64,000 nucleotides of DNA from Bacillota bacterium (GTDB lineage: Bacteria; Bacillota; Sulfobacillia; Thermaerobacterales; RSA17). Made by a program: the position numbers and the translations under genes. This document shows, piece by piece, positions 17,734-27,009 of the stretch. How positions within the stretch are numbered: position 1 is the stretch's first letter; the number at the start of each line of letters is the position of its first letter. The stretch covers positions 1,005 to 65,004 of the forward strand of contig PKRI02000005.1 of NCBI GenBank assembly GCA_017577485.2. Reading direction: 5' to 3'. Below the pieces are notes generated by a model. It made no database searches. It saw only the letters and a program-made list of their open reading frames with translations, and had not been told where the DNA came from.

Positions 17734-17868
17734 GGGTGCCGCCGGCCGCCGGCCGCGGGAGGACGGCGCACGGCAGCTGCCGGCCGGGTGGACGAACCCG
17801 GACCGGCGCCACCCGCAGGACGGGCTGATCCGAGGGACGGGCGCAGCCCGCAGGACGGGGGTAACCCG

Positions 17869-18066
17869 TTGGAGCTCAAGATCATCCTGCAGATCGCCGG
17901 GGTCGGCCTGCTGGTGGCCGTGCTCCACAGCGTCCTCCGGCAGGCGGGCAAGGAAGAGTACGGCCACGTCGTCACCGTGGCCGGCGTGATCATCGTGTTC
18001 TGGCTGGTGGTCAACGCGCTGCGGGACCTGTTCCGGGCCGTCACCACCATCTTTCAGCTCCAGTGA
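17869..18066 (+). CDS. spoIIIAC: Stage III sporulation protein AC
   Basis: 65-aa two-TM protein (LELKIILQIAGVGLLVAVLHSVLRQAGKEEYGHVVTVAGVIIVFWLVVNALRDLF). The start is trimmed to an in-frame TTG with a G-rich RBS. Confidence 0.8.
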   Translation: MELKIILQIAGVGLLVAVLHSVLRQAGKEEYGHVVTVAGVIIVFWLVVNALRDLFRAVTTIFQLQ

Positions 18067-18084
18067 CCCCTGGGGGGAGCCGCC

Positions 18085-18474
18085 GTGGGGATCGTCCAGG
18101 TCGTCGCCGTCGCCCTGCTGGCAGCGGTGGTCCTGGTGGTGGTGCGCCAGGCCCGTCCCGAGATGGCTGTTCCCCTGAGCCTGCTGGCGGGGGCGGCCCT
18201 GCTGATGTTCGTGCTGACCCGCGTGGGCGCTGTGGTGGGCCTGATCCAGGACCTGGCGGACCGGGCCCGCATCGAATCCCGGTACGCCGCCAGCCTGCTG
18301 AAGATCATCGGCATCGCCTATCTGGCCGAGTTCGGCGCCCAGGTCTGCCGCGACGCGGGGGAGGGGGCCCTGGCCGCCAAGGTCGAGCTTGCGGGCAAGG
18401 TGTTCATCCTGCTGCTGGCTGTCCCCATCATCCTGGCCGTGGTGGAAACCCTGCTGCGGCTGCTGCCGGCATGA
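18085..18474 (+). CDS. spoIIIAD: Stage III sporulation protein AD
   Basis: 129-aa polytopic protein containing KIIGIAYLAEFGAQVCRDAGEGALAAKVELAGK, typical of SpoIIIAD. Confidence 0.85.
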   Translation: MGIVQVVAVALLAAVVLVVVRQARPEMAVPLSLLAGAALLMFVLTRVGAVVGLIQDLADRARIESRYAASLLKIIGIAYLAEFGAQVCRDAGEGALAAKVELAGKVFILLLAVPIILAVVETLLRLLPA

Positions 18475-19727
18475 GGCGGGGCGCCGTGGTCGTGCTGGCG
18501 GCGGCGCTGGTTCTGGCCGGGGTCCCGGGCTGCCCGGCAGCCATGGTCTGCGCGCTTCCCCGCCAGGCGCGGGCCCAAGCGCCGGCTCCGGTGCTCCCAG
18601 GCGCCGGCGCGTCGTGGGCCGGGCTGGCCGACGAGGTCCGCCGCCTGGCCCAGGAACAGTACCAGGACCTGGACACCGCCGAGATGTTCCAGGTGGTGCG
18701 GCGGCTGCAGGAGCGCGCGGGCCAGGACCTGCCGGCCCTGGGGCCCGAGTTGATCCGGTCCGTCATCCGGGGCGAGGGGCTGCCCCTGGAGGCCGGTGAA
18801 CTGGCGGCGGCCGCCGCCAGGGTCTTCCTGGGCGCGGTGGTCGACAACGCCGCCCTGCTGGGGCAGCTGGTGCTGCTGGCGGTGCTGATGGCGGTGCTCA
18901 GGCTGCTGCAGACCGCCTTCGCCGGCGAGGCCGTGGCTGCCGCCGCCAACGCCGCCGTCTTCCTGGCCATGGTGGCCCTGGGCCTGGTGGCGCTGCGGGA
19001 CGCCTTCGCCACCGCGGCCGGCGTCATCAACGACCTGGTGGACTTCATGCTGGCCATGCTGCCGACCCTGGTCACGCTCATGGCCGGCACCGGCGCCTTC
19101 GTGTCGGCCGGCCTGCTCAGCCCCGTCTCCGTGGTCATGGTCAACGGCGTCGGCATGGTGGCGTCCCAGTGGGTGCTGCCCCTGATCTTCACGGGGACCG
19201 TCCTGCAGGTGGTCAACCACCTGCCCGGCCGCATACGCATCGAGCGGCTGGCGGCGCTGGTGCGGCAGGCGGGCGTGGTCCTGCTGAGCCTGGCCTTCGT
19301 GGTGTTCCTGGGCGTCATGAGCGTTCAGGGGGCCGCGGCGGGTGTGGCCGACGGCGTCCTGCTGCGGACCGCCAAGTTCGGCGCCGGCACCTTCATCCCC
19401 GTCCTGGGCGGCATGTTCGCCGATGCGGTGGAGCTGGTCATCGGCTCTTCCCTGCTGCTCAAGAACGCCCTGGGGATCTTCGGCCTGGTGGCGGTGGGGG
19501 CCGTGGCGGCGGTGCCGCTGCTCAAGGTCCTGGCCCTGGTGCTGGTGTTCCGGCTGGCGGCGGCGCTGGTGCAGCCGGTGGCCGACGGCTCCTTCGTGCA
19601 GGCCCTGGCGGCCATGAGCGACGGCCTGGTCCTGGCCGGGGTGACGGCCGGCGCCGTGGCCCTGATGTTCTTCCTGGCCCTGGCGGTGCTGGTGGGGGTC
19701 GGCAACGCCGCCGTGATGCTGCGGTGA
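18471..19727 (+). CDS. spoIIIAE: Stage III sporulation protein AE
   Basis: ATGA overlap with spoIIIAD. It has a signal-like N-terminus followed by multiple TM helices. The start is taken at ATG 18471 inside track ORF 18063..19727. Confidence 0.85.
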   Translation: MRRGAVVVLAAALVLAGVPGCPAAMVCALPRQARAQAPAPVLPGAGASWAGLADEVRRLAQEQYQDLDTAEMFQVVRRLQERAGQDLPALGPELIRSVIRGEGLPLEAGELAAAAARVFLGAVVDNAALLGQLVLLAVLMAVLRLLQTAFAGEAVAAAANAAVFLAMVALGLVALRDAFATAAGVINDLVDFMLAMLPTLVTLMAGTGAFVSAGLLSPVSVVMVNGVGMVASQWVLPLIFTGTVLQVVNHLPGRIRIERLAALVRQAGVVLLSLAFVVFLGVMSVQGAAAGVADGVLLRTAKFGAGTFIPVLGGMFADAVELVIGSSLLLKNALGIFGLVAVGAVAAVPLLKVLALVLVFRLAAALVQPVADGSFVQALAAMSDGLVLAGVTAGAVALMFFLALAVLVGVGNAAVMLR

Positions 19728-20476
19728 CGGCTGCGCTGGCCGCCTGGGTGGGGCGGGTGGTGGTGGTGCTGGTGGCCGCCGCCGTGGTGGACCTGGCCCT
19801 GCCCTCGGGCAGCCTCCGCCGGTACGTGGACGTGGTGGTGGGCCTCGTGGTGCTGGTGACGGTGCTGCAGCCGGTGCTGGACTGGCTGGGCGCCGACCTC
19901 CAGGCCGACATCGCCGCCGCCGAGGTGTGGCTGGAGCAGGGCCTGACCGGCACGCCCGGCGCCGAGCTCCGGGGCCCGGGCGAGGCTCGCTGGCGGCAGG
20001 CAGTCCGGGAGGAGTTCGCCGGGCGGGTGGCGGCGGCGGTTCGCCAGGGCCTGGCGCGGGACCTCGGGATCCAGGCGGAAGTGGCCGTGGAACTGGCCGC
20101 GGACCCCGCCTCCGGGGCCGGCGCCGGCTGGGACCCGCCGCCCCTGGAGCGGGTGGTGGTGCGCGTGACCGGCGCGGCGGCGGGGGACGCCCGGACCGGC
20201 AGCGGCACCGCCGCCATCAGCGCCGCCGGTCCCGCGCCGGTGCAGGTGGAGCCGATCCGGGTGCGGGTTCCCGCCGCGGCCGGAACGCCCGGGGAGGCCC
20301 CGGGGCAGGACCCGGCGCCGGTGCCCGCAGCGGTGCAGCCGGGCGAGGGTACGGAGGGCGGCGCCGCGACCGCGGGCGGCGCCTCAGCGGCTGACCGCAT
20401 CCGCGCCTGGGTGGCCGGCGTTCTGGGCATCGACCCCGGCCAGGTGACCGTGACGGCCGAGGAGGTGGGACCGTGA
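19724..20476 (+). CDS. spoIIIAF: Stage III sporulation protein AF
   Basis: GTGA overlap with spoIIIAE. Two N-terminal TM helices (VVVVLVAAAVVDLALP, VVVGLVVLVTVLQP) are followed by a soluble domain. Position in the operon supports the call. Confidence 0.75.
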   Translation: MTAALAAWVGRVVVVLVAAAVVDLALPSGSLRRYVDVVVGLVVLVTVLQPVLDWLGADLQADIAAAEVWLEQGLTGTPGAELRGPGEARWRQAVREEFAGRVAAAVRQGLARDLGIQAEVAVELAADPASGAGAGWDPPPLERVVVRVTGAAAGDARTGSGTAAISAAGPAPVQVEPIRVRVPAAAGTPGEAPGQDPAPVPAAVQPGEGTEGGAATAGGASAADRIRAWVAGVLGIDPGQVTVTAEEVGP

Positions 20477-21135
20477 CCGAACGCCGCGGGCCGGGCAGTG
20501 CGGGCCCGGCGGGCCTGGCGGGCCTGCTGCCGGCCCTGCAGCGGCTGTCGCCGGCCGAGCGCCGGCGCCTGGTGTGGATCGTCGCGGCGGGGCTGCTGGG
20601 AGTGGCGCTGCTGATGGCGGCCCAGTTCCTGGACGGCGCCGGCGTCAAGCCCGGGGCCGGCACCACGACCGACACCCCGCCGCCCGGCGCCGTCCTCAGC
20701 GGCGCGCCGCTGCCGGACGCCTACGCCGACCTGGCTCAACTGGAAGCGGCCCTGTCGGCGCGCCTGGCGGAGGTGCTGTCGCGGGTCGAGGGCGCCGGCC
20801 GGGTCCACGCCTGGGTGACGGTGGTTGCTGGTGCCGAGCGGGTCTTTGCCCGCGAAAGCGACGACACCCGGCGGCTCAGCCGCGAGGTCGACGCCCAGGG
20901 CGGGCAGCGGGAGGTGGAGGAGACCACCAGCCGCTCCCAGCTGGCCACCGCCGCCGCCGGCGGCGGCGACCCGCCGGTGATCTCGGTCCGGGCCGGTCAG
21001 ATCCGGGGCGTGCTGGTGGTGGCCGAGGGGGCGGGGGACCCCCTGGTCCGGATGCGGCTGCAGAGGGCGGTGGAAGCGGTCCTGGGGGTGCCCGCCCACC
21101 GCGTGCAAGTCCTCAGCGGAAAGGATGACGGTTGA
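20473..21135 (+). CDS. spoIIIAG: Stage III sporulation protein AG
   Basis: GTGA overlap. One TM helix precedes a C-terminal ring-forming domain (GAGRVHAWVTVVAG...IRGVLVVAEGAGDPLVRMRLQRAVEAVLGVPAHRVQVL). Confidence 0.85.
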   Translation: MTERRGPGSAGPAGLAGLLPALQRLSPAERRRLVWIVAAGLLGVALLMAAQFLDGAGVKPGAGTTTDTPPPGAVLSGAPLPDAYADLAQLEAALSARLAEVLSRVEGAGRVHAWVTVVAGAERVFARESDDTRRLSREVDAQGGQREVEETTSRSQLATAAAGGGDPPVISVRAGQIRGVLVVAEGAGDPLVRMRLQRAVEAVLGVPAHRVQVLSGKDDG

Positions 21136-21764
21136 CCATGGTGATGTCGCGCAGGTCCCCCCTGCGGTTGATCCTGTTCCTGGCCCTGGTGGCGGCGCTG
21201 GTGGCCTACGTCGTCACCCAGTGGACCGACTGGCAGCAGCAGACCCTGCTGGACAACTTCTGGGACCCGGAGACGGTGGTGGTGGTGCCCGGCGACGGCG
21301 AGGCGGCGGGCGGCACGGCGGGAGAGGCTGCGCCCGGCGGGACCGGGGAAGAGGCGGCCGGAGGCGACACATCCCCCGCCTTGTCCACCGACGTGCGCAG
21401 CGTCCAGGACCCGGCCTTCTTCGTGGACGCCCGCATCGAGCGGGAGCAGGCCCGCAGCCGCCGCATCGAGCTCCTGGAGGGCCTGGTCGCCAACCCGGAG
21501 GTCAACGAGGAGACCCGACGGCGGGCCGAGGAGGAACTGGTGACCCTCAGCCGGCGCATCAGCCAGGAAGCCGAGATCGAGAGCCTGATCCGCGCCCGGG
21601 GATTCGAGGAGGTGCTGGTGTACCTCTACGACGAGGCGGCGGTGGTCATCGTCAACGCCGCCCAGTTGACCGAAGCCCAGGTGGCGCAGGTGGCCGACGC
21701 GGTGCACCGGGTGGCTTCGGTGCCGGTGTCGTCCATCAGCGTCATGGCCCGTCCCGGCCCGTGA
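21132..21764 (+). CDS. spoIIIAH: Stage III sporulation protein AH
   Basis: N-terminal TM helix, an acidic linker and a C-terminal YscJ/FliF-like domain (FFVDARIEREQARSRRIELL...EEVLVYLYDEAAVVIVNA). It is the last gene of the operon. Confidence 0.85.
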   Translation: MTMVMSRRSPLRLILFLALVAALVAYVVTQWTDWQQQTLLDNFWDPETVVVVPGDGEAAGGTAGEAAPGGTGEEAAGGDTSPALSTDVRSVQDPAFFVDARIEREQARSRRIELLEGLVANPEVNEETRRRAEEELVTLSRRISQEAEIESLIRARGFEEVLVYLYDEAAVVIVNAAQLTEAQVAQVADAVHRVASVPVSSISVMARPGP

Positions 21765-21797
21765 CTTATATAATAGGGTGACTGCTCGCCTGACGAG

Positions 21798-22373
21798 GTG
21801 ATGGCCTTGAGCGAAGAGCGCGACCGTCTGCCGGGCGGTGACGCGTCCGGCGGGGCCCAGGGCGACGTGCCCGCGGCTGCCGGCGAGGCCGAGGCCGATG
21901 TTCTCGGGGCGTCGGCCGCCGGGGCCGAGGGCGACGCGGCCGGCGAAGCCGCCGCCGTGGAGGAGGCCCCGCCCCGGGAGGTCCCGCTGCCGGGCTTCGA
22001 CGCATCCGGCGACGTGGGCCACGTGCGCATCAGCGACGAGGTGGTGGGGGTCATCGCCGGGATCGCCGCCACCGAGGTGGAAGGCGTCGTGGGCATGGCG
22101 GGCGGCCTGGTGGGCGGCATCACCGAGATGCTGGGGCGCCGCAACCTGGCCAAGGGCGTCCGCGTCGAGGTGGGCGAGCGCGAGGCGGCCATCGACCTCT
22201 ACATCATCGTCGAGTACGGGGTGCGGATCCCGCGGGTGGCCCAGCGGGTCCAGGAGAACGTCAAGCGGGCCGTCGAGAGCATGACCGGGCTCGAAGTGGT
22301 CAGCGTGAACATTCATATTCAAGGGGTGGCGTTTCCCAGCGAAGAAAAGGGACATGAGACACGGGTGCGCTGA
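21798..22373 (+). CDS. asp23: Asp23/Gls24-family (alkaline shock) protein with an acidic Ala/Gly-rich N-terminal extension
   Basis: Core sequence VRISDEVVGVIAGIAATEVEGVVGMAGG...VRVEVGEREAAIDLYIIVEYGVRIPRVAQRVQENVKRAVESMTGLEVVSVNIHIQGV. A perfect TATAAT lies at 21769-21774. The exact start (GTG 21798, ATG 21801 or TTG 21807) is uncertain. Confidence 0.85.
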   Translation: MMALSEERDRLPGGDASGGAQGDVPAAAGEAEADVLGASAAGAEGDAAGEAAAVEEAPPREVPLPGFDASGDVGHVRISDEVVGVIAGIAATEVEGVVGMAGGLVGGITEMLGRRNLAKGVRVEVGEREAAIDLYIIVEYGVRIPRVAQRVQENVKRAVESMTGLEVVSVNIHIQGVAFPSEEKGHETRVR

Positions 22374-22408
22374 GGACGTGCCGCCGGTGCGATGGGGGGA
22401 AGCGCGGC

Positions 22409-22951
22409 ATGGGCGTGTTCGACCAGATCATCCTGGCCGTCTACACGATCTGCCTGGCCGCGGTGTCGGCGCTGGTGGTCCTGGCGGCGCTGGGCTGGCA
22501 GGTGCCGCTGGAACGGTTCGTCAACGAGGCGCTGCGGGTGCCCGAGGGCCGGTGGGCCACGGGGATCCTGGCAGCGCTGTTCTTTGTCTCCAGCGTGCGG
22601 CTGCTGGGCCTGGTGTTCCGCCGGCGGGGACCGGGCCAGACCCTGGTGCGTGAGACCGAACTGGGCCAGGTGGCCATCGCCCTGACCGCCGTGGAGAACC
22701 TGGTGAACCGGGTGGGCCGGCAGGTCGAGGGCGTGCGCGACCTGACGGCCCGGGTCGAGGCCGGCGACAGCGGGGTGCGCATCCGCATCCGGGCCGCGGT
22801 GGCCGGCAGCGCCGCCGTCCCCCACCTCACTGCCGAGATGCAGCGGGTGGTCCAGCAGCAGGTGCGGCAGGTGGTCGGCGTCGAGGTCGAGCAGGTGGCG
22901 GTGACCGTGGCCGACATCGGCGCCGAAGGGCGCAGGCGCCGGCTGGATTAA
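22409..22951 (+). CDS. amaP: Alkaline-shock-response membrane anchor protein (AmaP-like)
   Basis: Two N-terminal TM helices precede an Asp23-like soluble part. It lies immediately downstream of asp23, as in other Firmicutes. Confidence 0.7.
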   Translation: MGVFDQIILAVYTICLAAVSALVVLAALGWQVPLERFVNEALRVPEGRWATGILAALFFVSSVRLLGLVFRRRGPGQTLVRETELGQVAIALTAVENLVNRVGRQVEGVRDLTARVEAGDSGVRIRIRAAVAGSAAVPHLTAEMQRVVQQQVRQVVGVEVEQVAVTVADIGAEGRRRRLD

Positions 22952-22975
22952 CGCCGCCGGGAGCGGGATGAGGCC

Positions 22976-23218
22976 ATGGACCGGCGAGAGGACCTGAAGG
23001 CCCTCTGGGAGGACGTGTGGCCCCGGCACGCCGGCAAGATCACCGGCGCGGCCCTGGGCCTGATCTTCGGCGTGCTGGTAAAATGGGTCGGGTTGTTCTG
23101 GACCCTGTTCATCGCCGCCACCACCTGGATAGGCTACAGCCTGGGCGCCCGCCTCGACGACGGAACCCTGGACGCTTCCGAATGGTGGGAACGGATCAGG
23201 GCCCGCACCCGACGCTGA
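22976..23218 (+). CDS. Small integral membrane protein (DUF2273-like)
   Basis: 80 aa with two TM helices (GAALGLIFGVLVKWVGLFWTLFIAATTWIGY). It is the third member of the conserved asp23-amaP-DUF2273 trio. Confidence 0.65.
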   Translation: MDRREDLKALWEDVWPRHAGKITGAALGLIFGVLVKWVGLFWTLFIAATTWIGYSLGARLDDGTLDASEWWERIRARTRR

Positions 23219-23234
23219 TCCCGGAGGGAACGCC

Positions 23235-23705
23235 ATGCACCGCCGCCGGGCCAGGGCCGCCGTACTGGCCGCCCTCTACCAATGGGATCTGGTTGGACAA
23301 GACCTGGACGCAGCGCTGGCCGAATCCCTGGCGGCAGCGGGGCTCTCCGGCGAGGCCGCCGAGTTCGCCCGGCGCCTGGCCTTCACCGTCCGCGACCACC
23401 GGGCAGCCATCGACCGCCTCATCGCCCAGCTGGCCATCGGCTGGCGGGTGGAGCGGATGGCGGTGGTGGACCGCAACATCCTGCGCATGGGCGTGGCCGA
23501 ACTGGTCTACAGCGGCGACGTGCCCGTCAACGTGGCCATCAACGAAGCCGTGGAACTGGCCAAGGTCTACAGCAACCCCGAGGCAGCCAGGTTCGTCAAC
23601 GGCATCCTGGGCGAGCTGGCCCGCCGGAGGGTCAGGGAGCCTGTAACCGCCGGGGATGCCGGAACCAGCGAAGGAGTTGAGTCCCATGGCCGCCCAGATC
23701 CTTGA
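23235..23705 (+). CDS. nusB: Transcription antitermination factor NusB
   Basis: RRRARAAVLAALYQWDL...VDRNILRMGVAELVY..DVPVNVAINEAVELAKVY...ARFVNGILG is canonical NusB. Confidence 0.93.
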   Translation: MHRRRARAAVLAALYQWDLVGQDLDAALAESLAAAGLSGEAAEFARRLAFTVRDHRAAIDRLIAQLAIGWRVERMAVVDRNILRMGVAELVYSGDVPVNVAINEAVELAKVYSNPEAARFVNGILGELARRRVREPVTAGDAGTSEGVESHGRPDP

Positions 23706-24573
23706 CGGCCGGGCGCTGGCCGACCGCGTCCGCCAGGAGGTGGCCGCCCGGGTGGCCGACTTCCGCTCGTCCACCGGCATCACCCCGGGACTGGCCGTGG
23801 TCCTGGTGGGCGACGACCCGGCGTCCCAGGTCTACATCCGCGCCAAGATGCGGGAGTGCGAGCGCGCGGGCCTGCGGGCCGAACTGCACCACCTGCCCGC
23901 CGACGCCCGCCAGGATGCGGTGGAGGCCAAGCTCCGCGAGTTGAACAGCGACCCCGACGTCCACGGCATCCTGCTGCAGTGGCCGGTCCCGTCCGGGCTG
24001 GACTACGGCCAGTTGATCGAGGCCATCGCCCCCATCAAGGACGTGGACGGCTTCCATCCGGTCAACGCCGGGCGCCTGCTGGAGGGCCGGCCGCGCTTCG
24101 TGCCCTGCACGCCGCTGGGTATCCTGCGGCTGCTGGAAGCCTACGACATCCCGGTGGCGGGACGGCACGCGGTGGTGGTGGGCCGCTCGCCCATCGTCGG
24201 CCGGCCCATGGCTGCGCTGCTTCTGGCCCACGACGCCACCGTCACCATCTGCCATTCGAAGACCCCGGACCTGGCGTCGTTCACCCGCCAGGCCGACGTG
24301 CTGGTGGTGGCCGTGGGGCGGCCGGGGCTCATCGGTCCCCAGCACGTCAAACCCGGCGCCGCCGTCATCGACGTGGGCATCAATCGCCTGCCGGGCGGGC
24401 GCCTGGTGGGCGACGTGGACTTCGAGGCGGTGCGGGACGTGGCCGGGTGGATCACCCCGGTGCCGGGCGGGGTCGGTCCCATGACGGTGGCCATGCTGCT
24501 GCACAACACCTGCGAGGCGGCGCGATGGATCACGCAAGGATCCTCACCGTCCACGAACTCACCCGGTATGTGA
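23686..24573 (+). CDS. folD: Bifunctional methylenetetrahydrofolate dehydrogenase / methenyl-THF cyclohydrolase
   Basis: AQILDGRALA...PGLAVVLVGDDPASQVYIRAK...DVDGFHP.N.G...VVVGRSPIVGRPMAALLL...ATVTICHSKT...PVPGGVGPMT. The start is set at ATG 23686 behind RBS AAGGAG. Confidence 0.93.
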   Translation: MAAQILDGRALADRVRQEVAARVADFRSSTGITPGLAVVLVGDDPASQVYIRAKMRECERAGLRAELHHLPADARQDAVEAKLRELNSDPDVHGILLQWPVPSGLDYGQLIEAIAPIKDVDGFHPVNAGRLLEGRPRFVPCTPLGILRLLEAYDIPVAGRHAVVVGRSPIVGRPMAALLLAHDATVTICHSKTPDLASFTRQADVLVVAVGRPGLIGPQHVKPGAAVIDVGINRLPGGRLVGDVDFEAVRDVAGWITPVPGGVGPMTVAMLLHNTCEAARWITQGSSPSTNSPGM

Positions 24574-25802
24574 AGGGCCTGCTGGAGTCCGACCCCGGCC
24601 TGCGGGACGTGTGGGTGCAGGGCGAGATCTCCAACTTCAAGCACCACACCTCGGGCCACATGTACTTCACGCTCAAGGATGACCGCGCCCAGATCCGCTG
24701 CGTCATGTTCCGCAGCGCCAACATGCGGCTGCGCTTTGTGCCCGAGAACGGCATGGAGGTCATCGCCCGCGGGCAGGTCAGCGTCTACGAGCGCGACGGC
24801 CAGTACCAGCTTTACGTGCAGGTGATGGAGCCCCGGGGCGTGGGCGCGCTGCACGTGGCCTTCGAGCAGTTGAAGGCGCGCCTGGAAGCCGAGGGACTCT
24901 TCGACCCGGCCCGCAAGCGGCCGCTGCCGCGGCTGCCGCGCCGCGTGGGCATCGTGACGTCGCCCACCGGCGCCGCCCTGCGCGACATCATCCGGGTGGC
25001 CCGCCGCCGCTTCCCCAACATCACGCTGGTGGTGGCGCCGGTGCTGGTCCAGGGCGACGAGGCGCCGCCCCAGGTGATCCGCGCCATTGAACTGCTCAAC
25101 CAGCACGGGCGCGTAGACGTCATCATCGTGGGCCGCGGCGGCGGTTCCCTGGAGGATCTGTGGGCTTTCAACGACGAAGGCGTGGCCCGGGCCATTGCCG
25201 CCTCGGCGGTGCCGGTGGTGTCGGCGGTGGGCCACGAGACCGACTTCACCATTGCGGACTTCGTCGCCGACGTGCGGGCGCCGACGCCCTCGGCGGCCGC
25301 GGAACTGGTGGTCCCCAGCCGGGCGGAACTGGCCGGGACGGTGGCGGGCCTGGCCAGCCGTCTGGTGGGCGCGCTGCACCACCGGCGGCGCCTGAACCGT
25401 GAGCGCTGGCGGCGGATCACGTCGTCGCGGGTCTTCCGCCGGCCCTTCGACCGGGTGTATCAGGAGCGCCAGCGGCTGGACGATCTGGTGCGCCGCGCGC
25501 AGGCCGCCGTGATCCGCGGCATCGAACGGCGGCGGGAACGCCTGGCCGGCGCCGCCGGGCGCCTGGACGCCCTGAGCCCGCTGGCGGTGCTGGGCCGCGG
25601 CTACAGCATCGCCCACCGGCGGACGGACGGGGCGGTGGTGAAGTCGGTGGCGGCGGTTTCGGCCGGGGACGCGCTGGACCTGTGGGTGGCCGACGGGATC
25701 ATCGACTGCAGGGTGGCGGGGGTCGTGCAGAGGCCGCTGCCCGGGGTGAGGGAGGCGGGCGATGGACGCGGGAGCCATGAACGCCGCCGGGCAGGCGCCT
25801 GA
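24525..25802 (+). CDS. xseA: Exodeoxyribonuclease VII large subunit
   Basis: ILTVHELTRYVKGLLESDPGLRDVWVQGEISNFKHHTSGHMYFTLKD...VGIVTSPTGAALRDI...IVGRGGGSLEDLWAFNDE. The start is ATG 24525 inside track ORF 23856..25802. Confidence 0.93.
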   Translation: MDHARILTVHELTRYVKGLLESDPGLRDVWVQGEISNFKHHTSGHMYFTLKDDRAQIRCVMFRSANMRLRFVPENGMEVIARGQVSVYERDGQYQLYVQVMEPRGVGALHVAFEQLKARLEAEGLFDPARKRPLPRLPRRVGIVTSPTGAALRDIIRVARRRFPNITLVVAPVLVQGDEAPPQVIRAIELLNQHGRVDVIIVGRGGGSLEDLWAFNDEGVARAIAASAVPVVSAVGHETDFTIADFVADVRAPTPSAAAELVVPSRAELAGTVAGLASRLVGALHHRRRLNRERWRRITSSRVFRRPFDRVYQERQRLDDLVRRAQAAVIRGIERRRERLAGAAGRLDALSPLAVLGRGYSIAHRRTDGAVVKSVAAVSAGDALDLWVADGIIDCRVAGVVQRPLPGVREAGDGRGSHERRRAGA

Positions 25803-26046
25803 CTTCGAGCAGGCGCTGGCGGCGCTGGAAAAGATCGTGGACCGCCTGGAGCGCGAGGATCTGAGCCTGGAGCAGGCGCTGGCCCTGTTCGAGGAGGGCA
25901 TCGGCCTGGCCCGGTTCTGTTCCCAGCGCCTGGACGAGGCCGAGCGCAAGATCGAACTCCTGGTGGAGCAGCACGGCCAGGTCATCCTGGCCGCCGCGCC
26001 CGAGTTCGAGGTGAGCGATGAGCGAGCCCAGGATTCCCCGGCTTGA
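25762..26046 (+). CDS. xseB: Exodeoxyribonuclease VII small subunit
   Basis: [64 protein letters not shown] is 6 nt upstream. Confidence 0.9.
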   Translation: MDAGAMNAAGQAPDFEQALAALEKIVDRLEREDLSLEQALALFEEGIGLARFCSQRLDEAERKIELLVEQHGQVILAAAPEFEVSDERAQDSPA

Positions 26047-26938
26047 CCTGAGCGAGACGTTCCAGGCGCGCTACGAGGCTTACCGGCGGCGGGTGGAGGA
26101 CGGCCTGGAGCGGCTGCTGCCGGCGGCGTCCCGCTGGCCCGAGCCCATCCACGAGGCCATGCGCTACGCGGTGTTTTCGGGCGGCAAGCGGCTGCGGCCG
26201 GTGCTGACGCTGGCCGCCTGCGAGCTGGCCGGGGGCAGCGTCGAGGCGGCGCTGCCGGCGGCCTGCGCCGTGGAACTGGTGCACACGTACTCGCTGGTCC
26301 ACGACGACCTGCCGGCCATGGACGACGACGACATGCGGCGCGGCCGGCCGACGGTGCACGTGGCCTACGATGAGGCCACCGCCATCCTGGCGGGCGACGC
26401 CCTGCTGACCCTGGCCTTCACCGTCCTGGCCGACCCGGACGGCCCGCTGACGCCCGCCGTTGCCCTGCGCATCGCGTTCGAGCTGGGTACCGCCGCCGGC
26501 ACCGCCGGGCTCATCGCCGGGCAGGTGGCCGATCTGGCCGCCGAGGGTGCCGCCGTCGACGGCCGGGAGCTGGAGCGCATCCACCGCCACAAGACGGGGG
26601 CGCTGTTCCGGGCCTGCGCCCGGATCGGCGCCATCGCCGCCGGCGCCGGACCGGCCGACGTGGAGCGGCTCTCCCGTTTTGCCGACGAATTCGGCCTGGC
26701 TTTCCAGATCACCGACGACATCCTGGACGTGGTGGGCGACGAGGCGGCCACCGGCCGACCCGCCGGCAGCGATGAGCGCCGCGGCAAGACCACCTTCGCC
26801 AGCCTGTACGGCGTGGAGACGGCGCGGCGCCTGGCGGTGGAGGCGGCGCAGCGGGCGGCGGCGGAACTGGAACCTTTCGGCGCCCGGGCCGGCTTCCTGC
26901 GCGACCTGGCGTTTTTCGCCGTCAGCCGCAGCGGCTGA
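26018..26938 (+). CDS. ispA: Farnesyl/geranyl diphosphate synthase
   Basis: First and second Asp-rich motifs are [19 protein letters not shown] and [16 protein letters not shown] is also present. Confidence 0.93.
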   Translation: MSEPRIPRLDLSETFQARYEAYRRRVEDGLERLLPAASRWPEPIHEAMRYAVFSGGKRLRPVLTLAACELAGGSVEAALPAACAVELVHTYSLVHDDLPAMDDDDMRRGRPTVHVAYDEATAILAGDALLTLAFTVLADPDGPLTPAVALRIAFELGTAAGTAGLIAGQVADLAAEGAAVDGRELERIHRHKTGALFRACARIGAIAAGAGPADVERLSRFADEFGLAFQITDDILDVVGDEAATGRPAGSDERRGKTTFASLYGVETARRLAVEAAQRAAAELEPFGARAGFLRDLAFFAVSRSG

Positions 26939-26980
26939 CGGGCCGGGCAGCACTTGCGTCCGGGAACGAGGCCGCGACCG

Positions 26981-26988
26981 TGTATAAT
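26981..26988 (+). promoter_or_regulatory. -10 element (TG-TATAAT) for the large ncRNA
   Basis: TGTATAAT at 26981-26988, 43 nt after the ispA stop, in an otherwise GC-rich context. I found no convincing -35 at canonical spacing. Confidence 0.45.
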
Positions 26989-27009
26989 GGACACTGACAA
27001 CCGGGTTTG

